The position numbers and the translations under genes were made by a program. A DNA stretch of 64,000 nucleotides from a virus: positions 1 through 64,000 of IMG/VR virus record IMGVR_UViG_3300034683_000092, one strand, 5' to 3'. The notes below the pieces were generated by a model. The model was not told the DNA's origin. It did not search any database and saw only the letters and a program-made list of their open reading frames with translations. Positions within the stretch are counted from its first letter, which is position 1, and every line of letters begins with the position of its first letter. This document shows, in pieces, positions 20,001-31,784 of the stretch.

Positions 20001-20751
20001 AAGTCAATTTATAAACAATTGCAGAGTCGTCAAATGGTATATCTATTACAGTAGTAGGCTTTCCATCATCACCAAATAAAACGTCCCCAACTTCTATATC
20101 TCCCCACTTTTTAACGCCATTAGGTGTATATACAAACTCATCGTACGGATGCGCTTTTGATGCACCTCTACATGCTATTTCAGCTCCATGCTGGCCGCCT
20201 TTAAAGTCATTATATAGACCTCCATATCTAGCTTGTTCTATATAATGGTATCTCCAGTAAATACCCTCCCACATATCAGGGAAGTCATCTAATCTAGTAC
20301 CAAAGGTCTTGCTTGCGTCTAAACGAACAACAGTGATAGGCATATAGTTTAAATAGAAATATAAATGCCCAGTGACCCATTCTCCGTCAGACGGTCGCAC
20401 CATGCCGTATCTACATCTGTGAACCTCTTGCTTTAAGAATCTATAAAACTCGCTATTCTTATTAGGGTTCGGCTTTAGCTTGGTGTATACTCCATGTTCT
20501 CTAAAATGCATTAAGGCTGGCCTGAAATAGTCCATGTCTTCTAATACATGAGGTTTAACTAAATCAACAATTATTCTTCCCTGAGAATCTCTTGGTCTGT
20601 CTTTAGCTCTTTCTCTATTTGGAGATATTAAGTTCTGTATAAATGGTACATTAGATATGTATTCTATAAGAGTATCCCTTACTTCTCTATCCAGCGAATC
20701 TAATAGCTCATCAGTTAGCTGCGTCTGAAACTCATTAACTTCTATTGCCAT
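17086..20751 (-). CDS. terL: Terminase large subunit; exons 20751-18039 and 17741-17086, two inteins; predicted mature protein about 757 aa
   Basis: Walker A ACRGASK/S, Walker B FQAVEE, nuclease motif GSDVYDDD restored by splicing, YENNKKG and DRVDA. Confidence 0.93.
17742..18038 (-). mobile_element. Group I intron (297 nt, no ORF) in terL
   Basis: P1 exon GTGT/GCAC with U-G at the splice site, P3 GTGGGCA/TGCCCGC, P7 GCATA/TATGC, terminal G; removal restores frame and motif. Confidence 0.9.
18742..19398 (-). mobile_element. Class 3 intein (219 aa, Pro1) just before TerL Walker B
   Basis: PHPYSEKV..., DHLW (block B Trp), KCVTVDN (block F Cys), THN/S. Confidence 0.88.
19717..20154 (-). mobile_element. 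Class 3 mini-intein (146 aa, Ala1) in TerL Walker A
   Basis: AHPYDEFV..., DHEW, KCVTVDN, THN/S. Confidence 0.9.
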
Positions 20752-20992
20752 CTTTTATTTTATTTATTAATAGTTCTATAATATCCATATAGACTGAATC
20801 ATAAGAATCTTCTTCTTGAGTATATCTAGAATGCATTATAAAAGGCTCTTTCTTATTAGATGTATCATATATCTCTATAATAGATTCATACGTATTACTA
20901 AAAGATGATATAACTCTAGTCTTCATCTTTCTTTCAATCAATAGAGGCCCATTTAAAGAACTGCTTATTTTATTTAATATATCTATCCACAT
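20735..20992 (-). CDS. Hypothetical protein
   Basis: Tightly packed ORF overlapping the terL start. Confidence 0.6.
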   Translation of the reverse strand: MWIDILNKISSSLNGPLLIERKMKTRVISSFSNTYESIIEIYDTSNKKEPFIMHSRYTQEEDSYDSVYMDIIELLINKIKDGNRS

Positions 20993-20993
20993 A

Positions 20994-21548
20994 CTATAAT
21001 AATTCGTCGTCTAGGATTTTCCTTTTAGCATTACCTCTAGCAGCTACTTCTTCTTCTATATCTTTGCGTATAAGTCTTTCTGCATCTGCTATCTTACCAG
21101 CTAACACAATACCTTTCTCAATAGTACTCATTAAGCTATTAAGAGTATGCTTTGGCTTTCCGTTGACCTCTTCTGTAAAGTCCGCTGTTCTAAGTATATC
21201 TCTGATTTTATCGAGAGCAATCTTACTGTCTTTAAGTAGTTCCGTGGCAGATGTATTGCAATGAGCTTTGTATATCTCTACAGCCTCTTTTAATAGAGCA
21301 TCTTTCTTGACTTTAATAAGCCCCTCTGTTTCTATAATAATACGATCTCGCTCGTTGTCATCGGTTATATACATATAATCGCTTCTTGGGTCATACATGA
21401 AATACAAATAAGAAGCAGCTTGCATATACTCCTCTTTGTCTTTCGTTCTATCCTTATTATAGATCATCCTTAAAGGCTTTATGAGAAGCGCCTCGTCAGA
21501 GATGGATAGAATTCCATTTGTTATTTTTATAAGTGTTGTCATAAGCAT
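20994..21548 (-). CDS. Conserved crAss-like protein upstream of terL (candidate small terminase)
   Basis: DRTKDKE......YLYFM.DPRSDYMYI.D..ER motif; synteny. Confidence 0.55.
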   Translation of the reverse strand: MLMTTLIKITNGILSISDEALLIKPLRMIYNKDRTKDKEEYMQAASYLYFMYDPRSDYMYITDDNERDRIIIETEGLIKVKKDALLKEAVEIYKAHCNTSATELLKDSKIALDKIRDILRTADFTEEVNGKPKHTLNSLMSTIEKGIVLAGKIADAERLIRKDIEEEVAARGNAKRKILDDELL

Positions 21549-21576
21549 AAAAAGCCCAAGCTATTAACCTGGGCTA
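21549..21576 (-). terminator. Terminator after the GroES-like gene
   Basis: AGCCCAGG/CTTGGGCT followed by U run. Confidence 0.7.
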
Positions 21577-21584
21577 TTATTAGT

Positions 21585-22076
21585 TTATTTTCTTTTCTTA
21601 AGTCTCAATGGTTTTGATTCAATATCTGGCATAAAACCAATGTCTATATCTTCTTTAACATCAACTGCCTCTGGCTCTGCTACAACATGTTGCACTGGTG
21701 AGTCTTCTACAACCATCTCGTTTATAATCATAACAAGGTCTGTGTCAAATATGCTAAGCAACTCCTTACCGTCAACGATGACGGATGGAATATTGTACTG
21801 TTTAACAGCGTTGTAGTACTCATCCATGCTCTCTTTTAAAGAGTCCTTTGTCTGTACTGGAGTTGTATATTTATCAAAATTAATATATACTAAATCACCT
21901 ACAGACACAGATCTAACCTGAGCACCAATAGCTATTACTTTTTGTATCTGTTTAACCTTGCCAACAAACTCACTATCAACGATTCCATTGTAAGTACAAT
22001 CTTCTATTGTATAAACATCAGACGTTGTCAGAATCCCATTGAACATCGGTGTTACTTTCTTCAATACTATTGCCAT
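21585..22076 (-). CDS. GroES-like co-chaperonin
   Basis: VTPMFNGIL, KVIAIGAQVRSVSVGDLV and VDGKELLSIFDTDL follow the cpn10 pattern. Confidence 0.7.
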   Translation of the reverse strand: MAIVLKKVTPMFNGILTTSDVYTIEDCTYNGIVDSEFVGKVKQIQKVIAIGAQVRSVSVGDLVYINFDKYTTPVQTKDSLKESMDEYYNAVKQYNIPSVIVDGKELLSIFDTDLVMIINEMVVEDSPVQHVVAEPEAVDVKEDIDIGFMPDIESKPLRLKKRK

Positions 22077-22371
22077 ATAATTCTTTTCTTTTTTGTAATT
22101 TCTTAATCTTTTTGTAGTCGCAATAAATAGTACCTAACTTAGATACAGCAACACTATAAGGCTTGCTTAAATAATCTTCCTCTGTGTCAATATTATCCAT
22201 TTGATACCCAACCATAAAGTCCTTAATAAACCTCCAGTATAGCATGTATGCCCTACGAACTTTTCTGTAGGGCATATTCTTTTCTTCTGCTATAACTCTT
22301 AGTATATGATCTATGTCTTTATGGTTTCTCCTTGTTATTCTTACTCTACCCATTTTGTATATCAAATACAA
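22018..22371 (-). CDS. IHF/HU-like DNA-binding protein
   Basis: Basic protein; I...IAEE.NM....V...Y...W.FIK and V.V.KLG.IY pattern. Confidence 0.6.
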   Translation of the reverse strand: MYLIYKMGRVRITRRNHKDIDHILRVIAEEKNMPYRKVRRAYMLYWRFIKDFMVGYQMDNIDTEEDYLSKPYSVAVSKLGTIYCDYKKIKKLQKRKELYGNSIEESNTDVQWDSDNV

Positions 22372-22729
22372 CTATCATATTAAACGATTTAGCATCTAAA
22401 TCAAGATTTGGTATAAATCGTTTATTAATCCTGTTATCCTTAATTATCCCAGTCTTTCTTAGCTTAGAAAGCATACATTCAACACCATTGCTACTCATGC
22501 CAATCTCTTCTGCTATAGCCTTTTTGTGAATATCAGCTAGAAGATTCATGTCTAATAGAGCATCGTCTTTAATCATCTCAGACAGCTCATAGCGCTTTTT
22601 CAATAAAGCAGCAAGAGTAATCATCTCTTTATTTCTAAGGTTATGAAATGGTCTTGTAAACAACACCCAATAGTGAAAGAAATCATCTATTGTTGTTGGT
22701 AGTTTAGTAAATGAGCCGTCTTTAATCAT
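22346..22729 (-). CDS. Winged HTH DNA-binding protein
   Basis: KKAIAEEIGMSSNGVECMLSKLRKTGII. Confidence 0.65.
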   Translation of the reverse strand: MIKDGSFTKLPTTIDDFFHYWVLFTRPFHNLRNKEMITLAALLKKRYELSEMIKDDALLDMNLLADIHKKAIAEEIGMSSNGVECMLSKLRKTGIIKDNRINKRFIPNLDLDAKSFNMIVVFDIQNG

Positions 22730-23049
22730 TAATCTATTGTATTAGTGTTATGAGTTTCCTCTTCTATTGCAGCCTGTGGATATATTGTTTCATCCAACTC
22801 GTCAAGCGCCTTATATAAAAGTTTGTCTTTTGCATACTTCTGAAATACATCAGCGTGTTTTACGATCTCAATTAAATAATCAAGCCTTTTAAACATTATA
22901 AAATTCTTAGCCTCAGCCAATTGTTCTTTCAATTTAGAATTCTCATAATGCAACTGATTAAAGATATTCTGTATCTCCTCTGCCGTTAAAGGCTTTTTCT
23001 CATTACTTACTTGCTCTGCGCCATCTTGAACGCTACATTTTTTTGCCAT
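22729..23049 (-). CDS. Hypothetical coiled-coil protein
   Basis: Packed ORF; FKRLDYL motif. Confidence 0.6.
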   Translation of the reverse strand: MAKKCSVQDGAEQVSNEKKPLTAEEIQNIFNQLHYENSKLKEQLAEAKNFIMFKRLDYLIEIVKHADVFQKYAKDKLLYKALDELDETIYPQAAIEEETHNTNTID

Positions 23050-23300
23050 TCTTTTTGCTTATTACCGTTATTTAAATAGTTTTCTCCATATCTAGATTTA
23101 TACATCTCTTGCCAAGAAAAAATGTCTGTCTTATCTATATCAACAGAAGTGCATTTATCACAATAGCATTCAAACCCTAAACGCATTGGGTCATCAACTC
23201 GTTTAATCTTTAAAGATAAACACCTTTTGCAATAATGAACCTCTTCTTTATTATATGTATTACTTAATTGATCGTTCTCAATCTGAATGCTATTATCCAT
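23007..23300 (-). CDS. Small Zn-finger protein
   Basis: YCKRCLSLKI...YCDKC. Confidence 0.65.
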   Translation of the reverse strand: MDNSIQIENDQLSNTYNKEEVHYCKRCLSLKIKRVDDPMRLGFECYCDKCTSVDIDKTDIFSWQEMYKSRYGENYLNNGNKQKEWQKNVAFKMAQSK

Positions 23301-23302
23301 AA

Positions 23303-23488
23303 TTATACTAAAATTGCGCTATACCCAGCGGGGTCAGCAGTGAAATACCTAATTGCCATATCTTTTGATTCTGCCTTCACGCTGCCAACATATCGTCTAT
23401 CAAAGATAGCTGCTGGATTACCAGGCTTAAAAGATTCATTTAGCTCATTCTCATCGAATGTCATAACAAATACATCGTACATCTTCAT
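23303..23488 (-). CDS. Hypothetical protein
   Basis: Packed ORF in operon. Confidence 0.55.
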   Translation of the reverse strand: MKMYDVFVMTFDENELNESFKPGNPAAIFDRRYVGSVKAESKDMAIRYFTADPAGYSAILV

Positions 23489-23492
23489 AATA

Positions 23493-23897
23493 CTAAGTTA
23501 TTAAATTTATTAAATCATTAGAACGTTTATCCATTAAGAAAGCAAGGCATTTAGCCATAGCCACTGAATGTATATCCATTATTTTATTATCATCAATCTT
23601 TATCATGCTTGGAGTCAATGTCTCCATGTTCATGTTTTTAGGTTTATCAAAATACAAAGTAACATCTGGCTCCACTATAGACACAGTCATGTTCTCTGTA
23701 GTAATATCGTCTTTAACTACAAAATCATAAGCTACCTGACATATAAGCCTTACGACTCCTGAATCTATTTTTGTTTTTGCATTCTGAACTTCATAAGAAG
23801 TGCTTTTAAGTTTAAACCTAGAACCAGAAACAGCTAAAGCAAACATATCTTTCACTGATTCGTAAACAGCTTTTTTTATTCTAATATCATCACTCAT
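23493..23897 (-). CDS. Hypothetical protein
   Basis: First ORF after the promoter at 23921-23952. Confidence 0.6.
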   Translation of the reverse strand: MSDDIRIKKAVYESVKDMFALAVSGSRFKLKSTSYEVQNAKTKIDSGVVRLICQVAYDFVVKDDITTENMTVSIVEPDVTLYFDKPKNMNMETLTPSMIKIDDNKIMDIHSVAMAKCLAFLMDKRSNDLINLIT

Positions 23898-23920
23898 AAT
23901 CTATTGTTTTAATTACTCTG

Positions 23921-23952
23921 CAAAGGTATGTATTATTTTTTATATATGCAAG
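23921..23952 (-). promoter_or_regulatory. Bacteroidota sigma-A-type promoter
   Basis: CTTG-N20-TACCTTTG. Confidence 0.75.
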
Positions 23953-24084
23953 CCTTTTGACATATTTCTTCTATCAATTAACTTAGTTTAACTATATATA
24001 CAACAAAAGGGACTCAACAACTAGTGTTAAGCCCCTTCTTTCTTTTACTTTGGACGTTTGCGTCCGCCTTTACATGCCATAATG

Positions 24085-24302
24085 TTACTTTTTATAAATT
24101 GTTTTAATCGTGTTAACAAAAGAATCAAGCCCTATAAGCGAGGCACTTGTTACTAATAGTATATCAAATGAATTTGTAGTAGGCTCTCCACTTATTGTAG
24201 AATATAAAGCCATACCAATACAAGTAAGCCATCCAACAAATCCAGATACTCTTTTACTGCTTATTGCGCTATCAGATGATAGCATCTTTATAATAAAATC
24301 TT

Positions 24303-24304
<2 letters not shown>
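24085..24304 (-). CDS. Small two-TM membrane protein (holin-like); start approximate, probably MKDFIIK
   Basis: SSKRVSGFVGW plus two hydrophobic segments; start overlaps the groEL stop. Confidence 0.55.
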
Positions 24305-26298
<1,994 letters not shown>

Positions 26299-26300
26299 TG

Positions 26301-26332
26301 CAAAGATAATATATCTAAATTTAATATGCAAA
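26301..26332 (-). promoter_or_regulatory. Bacteroidota sigma-A-type promoter heading the late strand
   Basis: TTTG-N20-TATCTTTG. Confidence 0.8.
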
Positions 26333-26519
26333 TAGGTTTCCATAAAAAACATTAAACGTTTCAAAAAACTACAGAAATGAGTAATATAGAACAATTAATG
26401 AGTCAAATGGAATAGTCTTAAATGCAAAACAGCAGCTGTGCCTAAAGAATCAAAGCGTATATAGGCCTTTTAAACGGATTTTTTCCACAACATATTTTTT
26501 TTCAGAACTAAAAATTTTT

Positions 26520-26590
26520 GTGTTAGAGGGGGATACCCCATACTAACCCCCATACGGCATTGCTCTGCAGGGGGTTCGTCCCTACCCTGC
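26520..26590. other. GC-rich inverted-repeat cluster at the strand switch (candidate genome end or packaging site)
   Basis: GGGGATACCCC and AACCCCC...GGGGGTT inside an AT-rich divergent intergenic region. Confidence 0.4.
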
Positions 26591-26679
26591 TTTGCCTTGT
26601 ATCTATATATTTTATATATATGGTTACTTGTAATTTTAGGAACGTGTTTATTATTTATTCATTTTAAATTTTAATCAAA

Positions 26680-27093
26680 ATGAGAAATTTAACCAAGGCG
26701 CAAAAAGCTGAAAAAATCAGCCAAGCCAAGTCTATTTTAATCAACGCTACAAAGAGTTTAGGGTTTGCAATGTTGCCGCCGAATGAAACGTTTGACGTTT
26801 CAATAAAAGACGGCGTTACGATTGACTCTATAGAGTCTAGTGCAATAACCACAGAATCAGGCGTACACAAATTTGTGCCCGTTATTTGTGAATCATCAGA
26901 CGGCAAAACGTATGAGTCTTCTTTGTACTGTGGTCACAACGACAAAACGCCCGCCGATAGGATTGATTGGCACGTAGCGCTTTTCGAGGAATGTAGTGAC
27001 GTTATTAATGAGCTTTCTTTTATCGGTAAAACATCCGATATAAGAAAGAATAAGAATGGTTACGACGTTACTTATTTAAGTATTCAAGAGTAA
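26680..27093 (+). CDS. Hypothetical protein, first gene of the early strand
   Basis: Intact 137 aa ORF with its own terminator. Confidence 0.75.
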   Translation: MRNLTKAQKAEKISQAKSILINATKSLGFAMLPPNETFDVSIKDGVTIDSIESSAITTESGVHKFVPVICESSDGKTYESSLYCGHNDKTPADRIDWHVALFEECSDVINELSFIGKTSDIRKNKNGYDVTYLSIQE

Positions 27094-27100
27094 ACCTTTG

Positions 27101-27135
27101 TGTGCCCGTACCTTTGTGTGCGGGTGCTTTTTTTT
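27101..27135 (+). terminator. Rho-independent terminator
   Basis: GTGCCCGTAC/GTGCGGGTGC followed by U run. Confidence 0.85.
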
Positions 27136-27146
27136 GTATTATTAAT

Positions 27147-27335
27147 GCAAAGACGCTGAGTTTTATCTTATAGAAACAGCTTTTGGTATTTATAATACAA
27201 ACCTTTTTATTGCTTATAAAGCAAAGACGCTGAGTTAACCATTTATATCTATAGAAGAATCCTTTCTATTATAGACATAAATACACCTTATATATATAGC
27301 TCAAAAAACGTTTATTAAATCTAAGACGTTGAGTT
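27147..27335 (+). repeat. Three copies of AAGACGYTGAGTT (candidate phage RNAP promoter or operator)
   Basis: Copies at 27147-27162, 27221-27236 and 27323-27335; partial copy at 31508-31519. Confidence 0.7.
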
Positions 27336-27425
27336 ATAGCAAGCCTCTACATCAAAGAAATAAAGAATAAATTCTTTCTTTCTTTTGGTACTTTTCTTTC
27401 TTTCTTAAAACTAAAAAACAAAACA

Positions 27426-27752
27426 ATGAATAAGAATTTATTGCTAGCTAGAAGCATTGTATCTAGCGTAATTAGCTCGCTATTATACATAGGAGCTATT
27501 TCTGTGATGCTCATTGCGTCACAAATAGTAAGCGCAGTACTTATATTGGTTTCCGTTGTAACAATCATAGCTCCAATATGCATTATGAAGTTGGAGTTTA
27601 ACAGACCCATTCACGTCATGTGGAGCACCATTATTGTTGCTATGATTTCTATGTGGCCTTTAGTCCAGATTGCCGATTACCAGGGCGTTATAGTCCCCCT
27701 TCTCGCAATCTTCGCCACAATAATAAGCTACATAGCTTACGAAGAATTCTAG
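27426..27752 (+). CDS. Multi-pass small membrane protein
   Basis: Almost wholly hydrophobic, about 4 TM segments. Confidence 0.7.
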   Translation: MNKNLLLARSIVSSVISSLLYIGAISVMLIASQIVSAVLILVSVVTIIAPICIMKLEFNRPIHVMWSTIIVAMISMWPLVQIADYQGVIVPLLAIFATIISYIAYEEF

Positions 27753-27954
27753 GGCGTGTAATATTGGCCAGTTTTTATTGCTTAAATAATACAGGTTAAT
27801 TTGTTTGCATCAATATTACCACAAGTTATATGTTTATTTACCTTGTGTTAATATTGTTGTTTTGTTGTTTTTGGCCGCTATTCATCATTATTCCGCATAT
27901 TAATTGTTGTTTAATGTTGTTTAGCGGCTTTTTTAGATTAAATAAATTGTTTAT

Positions 27955-28398
27955 ATGAACAATAAAGATACTTGTTTAAGAAAGACATATTCTGGTTTCA
28001 TTCATTACCTGAATGATAGCCAGGTATTTGTCTTTGGGTCAAACACCCAAGGACGGCATGGCAAAGGCGCTGCATTAACTGCTAGACTTAGATTTGGCGC
28101 CATATATGGTAATCCAGAGGGAATTCAAGGTAAATCTTTTGCTATAATAACAAGGGATTTAACTAAGAAGACTCATCCCTCTAGGACTCCAGCGCAAATT
28201 ATAAGCCAGATTGAGAAGCTCTATAAGTATGCTACCTTGCATCCAGAGAAAGAGTTTATTATCCCTTATAAATGTAGTGATTACAACTTGAACGCTTACA
28301 GTAGCGAAGACATGGCTAAAATGTTTGCGTCAAGAGATATACCTCAGAATATTGTATTTGACAAGCAGTTTTACGATTTAGTTAAATCATATATTTAA
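27955..28398 (+). CDS. Macro-domain-like phage protein (FVFGSN..G.HG.GAA family)
   Basis: VFVFGSNTQGRHGKGAALTA..RFGAIYG..EG.QG.SFAI.T. Confidence 0.75.
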   Translation: MNNKDTCLRKTYSGFIHYLNDSQVFVFGSNTQGRHGKGAALTARLRFGAIYGNPEGIQGKSFAIITRDLTKKTHPSRTPAQIISQIEKLYKYATLHPEKEFIIPYKCSDYNLNAYSSEDMAKMFASRDIPQNIVFDKQFYDLVKSYI

Positions 28399-28405
28399 TT
28401 AAATA

Positions 28406-28592
28406 GCCTTTATCTAATAGCACACACTAATAACGTGGTTCGATTCCCGTCTGGAAGATCTTGATTGGAGTTCGTGTGTGTAAAAAAGGTAATTGCCCTT
28501 GTCTATATAGCAAGATGTCAACAGATAAGTAAGTGGGCTTATTCTGAATGCTTGTGATTGATGGTAAAAGCGGTTCGACTCCGCTATAGACT
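28406..28592 (+). ncRNA. Two tandem T-loop-containing, tRNA-like structured RNAs
   Basis: GG-TTCGATT-CC inside GCACACAC/GTGTGTGT; GTCTATA/TATAGAC acceptor-like stem with GCGG-TTCGACT-CCGC. Confidence 0.55.
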
Positions 28593-31156
28593 ACTGTTAT
28601 ATAATTAAAAAACAACAACATTATGACTCAGAAAAAACAAAGGGTTAAATTAGCCCGTAAATTGAGAAAGGCAGACAAGAGTGTGTCTTTCTCCGCAGCC
28701 CACAAGGCTGCAAGATTGTTTGTGTCTGGCAGAGCACAAGACGAGAGTCCAATGGACTTGGTTGCTCTGCTAGTGAGTTTAGGACTTCCAGCAAGAATGG
28801 TTACTGACTATAGGCCTTCGCCAGTGCTGCGTATACAATACCATTTTGTCACTGTATTTGTAGGAGACTACGAATATTGTGGCTACGATTTTAGTTACGG
28901 AGCTGATTATTAACCCTCCGTAGCTAAAAACTCTTAGTCCAGTTATAGAGTATAAATAAACACGTCACTGGATGATTCTAGATTAATTGTCGGATAAGAG
29001 CAAGAGTGATCTTGTAGTTCTAGAGTCTTTTTATTTTGTTAAATACATGTTAGTCTATCAACTTAGGCTGACTTTAACTTTTAAGATATGAAATACATTT
29101 CATTAATAGCTGCTGTCTTAATGATGGCTGTTTTATCATCTTGTGAAACAAGAGATCAAAAAAGATATAAGAAGTTCTACTTTGAAAAGATCACCGCTGA
29201 CATGGCGATGACCGAGTATTATCTGATGGATACGCTGAATACGCTTCCAAAAGATAGCCTTATAGACAGGCTGCATGAGTTAAACAGAATATATTTTAAA
29301 GAAATAAGATAGAATATTATGATTAATCTAAAAAAAGGGCAAGACAGCCCGTCTCTTTCTAATGAGTTTAAAAAGAAGTTTAACACCTCTAGTGAACTGA
29401 CATTGTCCTTTGTGAACGCTACTTTAGCGGCTTGCAACTTTCTATTAAAGCTAGCTAATTTAACGTCTGTGCATAATTTATATGCAAATACGTTAATTGC
29501 TGACACGACTGATTGTTCATCTTTTTCAGATGAGGCTTTTGAGCAGTTTATGCGTGTTTATGGAAATCCATTAAACGGAACTATTGCTTCAATAATGGTA
29601 TACTGTTGTAGGTCTAACAGTGATACTATCTGGTTATATTCTAAGTTTAAAGACTTAGAAGGCTTTGACCATGAGTTGTGTCGCTCTGCCATTCTTAAGT
29701 CTTCAGCAATGATTTTATCTAGAGAGCAGTACTACTCAGCTAAGATAATTGATTTAGCTAAAGATGCTAGGTCTAGTTTGAGCCAAATGTTTGATGACAT
29801 CTGATATGCCTACTACAAGAGAAAGTCTTTTTAATAAGTTAGCCTTTTTAAGAAGGCAGCGAGATGATATTCTAGTTCCATTTGTAAGGATGAGTATTCC
29901 AGGTGAAATACTTTCTGTTGCACCTATGTATCCTGGGTTTTTTAAAACCAGTCGTGCTGTTGAGGTTACGACTGGAGCTAGAACTCTTGTTACGTTTGTA
30001 AGTTCATCGTTCCCTACTGATGGTGATTCAATTAAGATTGCTGTCCCTGCTTTTATCTTTGATGAAATCGTCGGTATTGATAACTCTATTGATGGTGTAT
30101 TGAAAAGTATAGCTGAACTCAAGCGATTAAATCAATTGAGTTCTAGTTGTTAACATTTAAATTTTAAAATCATGGAAATAAGAATAAAAATACATAAGAC
30201 ATATATTATTGATCGTTACATTCATTCCTTAAAAACTAAAATATCTAAGGGATGTGAACTGGTTAATATGGAAATAAGCATTGCTGATGGTAAGAAAATA
30301 CATTGTTCTGCATTAATGCCGAATGATGGATGCAATGTCGTTAAAGTCTATAATATAGAAAAGAGAAAATCTATTAGACGTAGGAGCTCTGTATTTGGTC
30401 ATGGATATAGAATTGTTAAAGAGCCAACATGCATAGCTTACGTTTATTATATACCTTTGAGAGTTCTTTCATCTGCTGGTTTATCAGTAGAGCAAAAATC
30501 AAGGCATTTCGTGTTAACAAAAGCTGGTGCTCCAGTAAGAAAATAATCGTTATGGATAAAAGAATATTAAACAATTTAGTTACAAAACTCGCAAATGCTG
30601 ATTTATGTGAGTCAAGTAAAAATGATAAGCTTTCGTTTTTAATAAGAGAACTTGTAGCTAATTTAGAGACTGAAAAAGAAGTTGAGTCTGCATTAGAGAT
30701 TCTTCTTGGCCCAGATGAACCTATTGAGTTTGTTCATGGCGTAGTACCTAATAGCAATTTAAAGCATTTAGGCACTGAGATTGCTGAAGTGGTAAACGTG
30801 AATTATATAAAAAAAGAGATTACTTTTATATATAATGATAGAACGTTGAATGATGGGTCTTGTCGAAAAGGGATTAATACTGTTTCTTTTAAGGAGTGGA
30901 ATGACTGTAAGGCAGATTAATATAAAATACTATGAGTCCAAACTTAAAGAATCTAATAGAAGAGGTTTCAGGCGTGCTAAAAAAGCACAATGCATGTATT
31001 TATGTTAGTGCTCACCTTGGATTAATAATTATAACGCCAGGAAATAAAAGCGATAGCATATCTAAGCTATATATTAATAAAAGATATATTGACTCAGACT
31101 ATTTAGAAGAATTGTCTGATTCTTCTTGTGAAAACAATATCGGTTGATTTATTTTA

Positions 31157-31217
31157 TAAAAAGCGATGAGTATAAGTATATATCTATATTCTTATAAAGA
31201 GAACTCATCGCTTTTTT
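31157..31217. terminator. Bidirectional terminator-like hairpin
   Basis: AAAAAAGCGATGAGT...ACTCATCGCTTTTTT. Confidence 0.75.
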
Positions 31218-31784
31218 ATTGAATTACTAACTATAAAAAACAAACTTAAAATGTGTAAATATTGCAATGGGGAATTACCTCTTTTTACTGAAACGTCAAG
31301 TGATTCTGACGACTTAAATAGCGATAAAAAAAAGATTTATTTAAATGGGTCTAAAATGAATATTTATTTATCAAAATATCATTATGATTCAAATAAATTA
31401 GATTTTGATGGAGACTATGGAGTATTTGTCGAAGACTACGATATTCATTTAAATATAGATATTAAATATTGCCCAATGTGTGGTGCGAGATTGATTAAAT
31501 AAAATAGAAAACGTTGAGTAGCTATGGATGAAGACGAATATTCTGATTTGTGGGCACTAGGATTATTAGTCATTTATCTAATACTTCTGCTTGGATTGAA
31601 GGATTTATAATATACTATACCTGGTTTTATCCTTTATATAACAAAAAACTAATAACTTTTCAAGACCTTGAGAACACCAGTTTGTCCGACTAGCGCAAAA
31701 GTATATGTGTTAATCTTCGATAGCACAGTCACGAGACCCAAGTGACAAGAAGATGAGTAGTAGGTTTAGGTGTAAAAGGCAATT

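Noticed and set aside
27147-27335. Mini CRISPR array
   Set aside because: Repeats are only 13-16 nt with unequal spacing (74 and about 100 nt), not palindromic, and no cas genes are present
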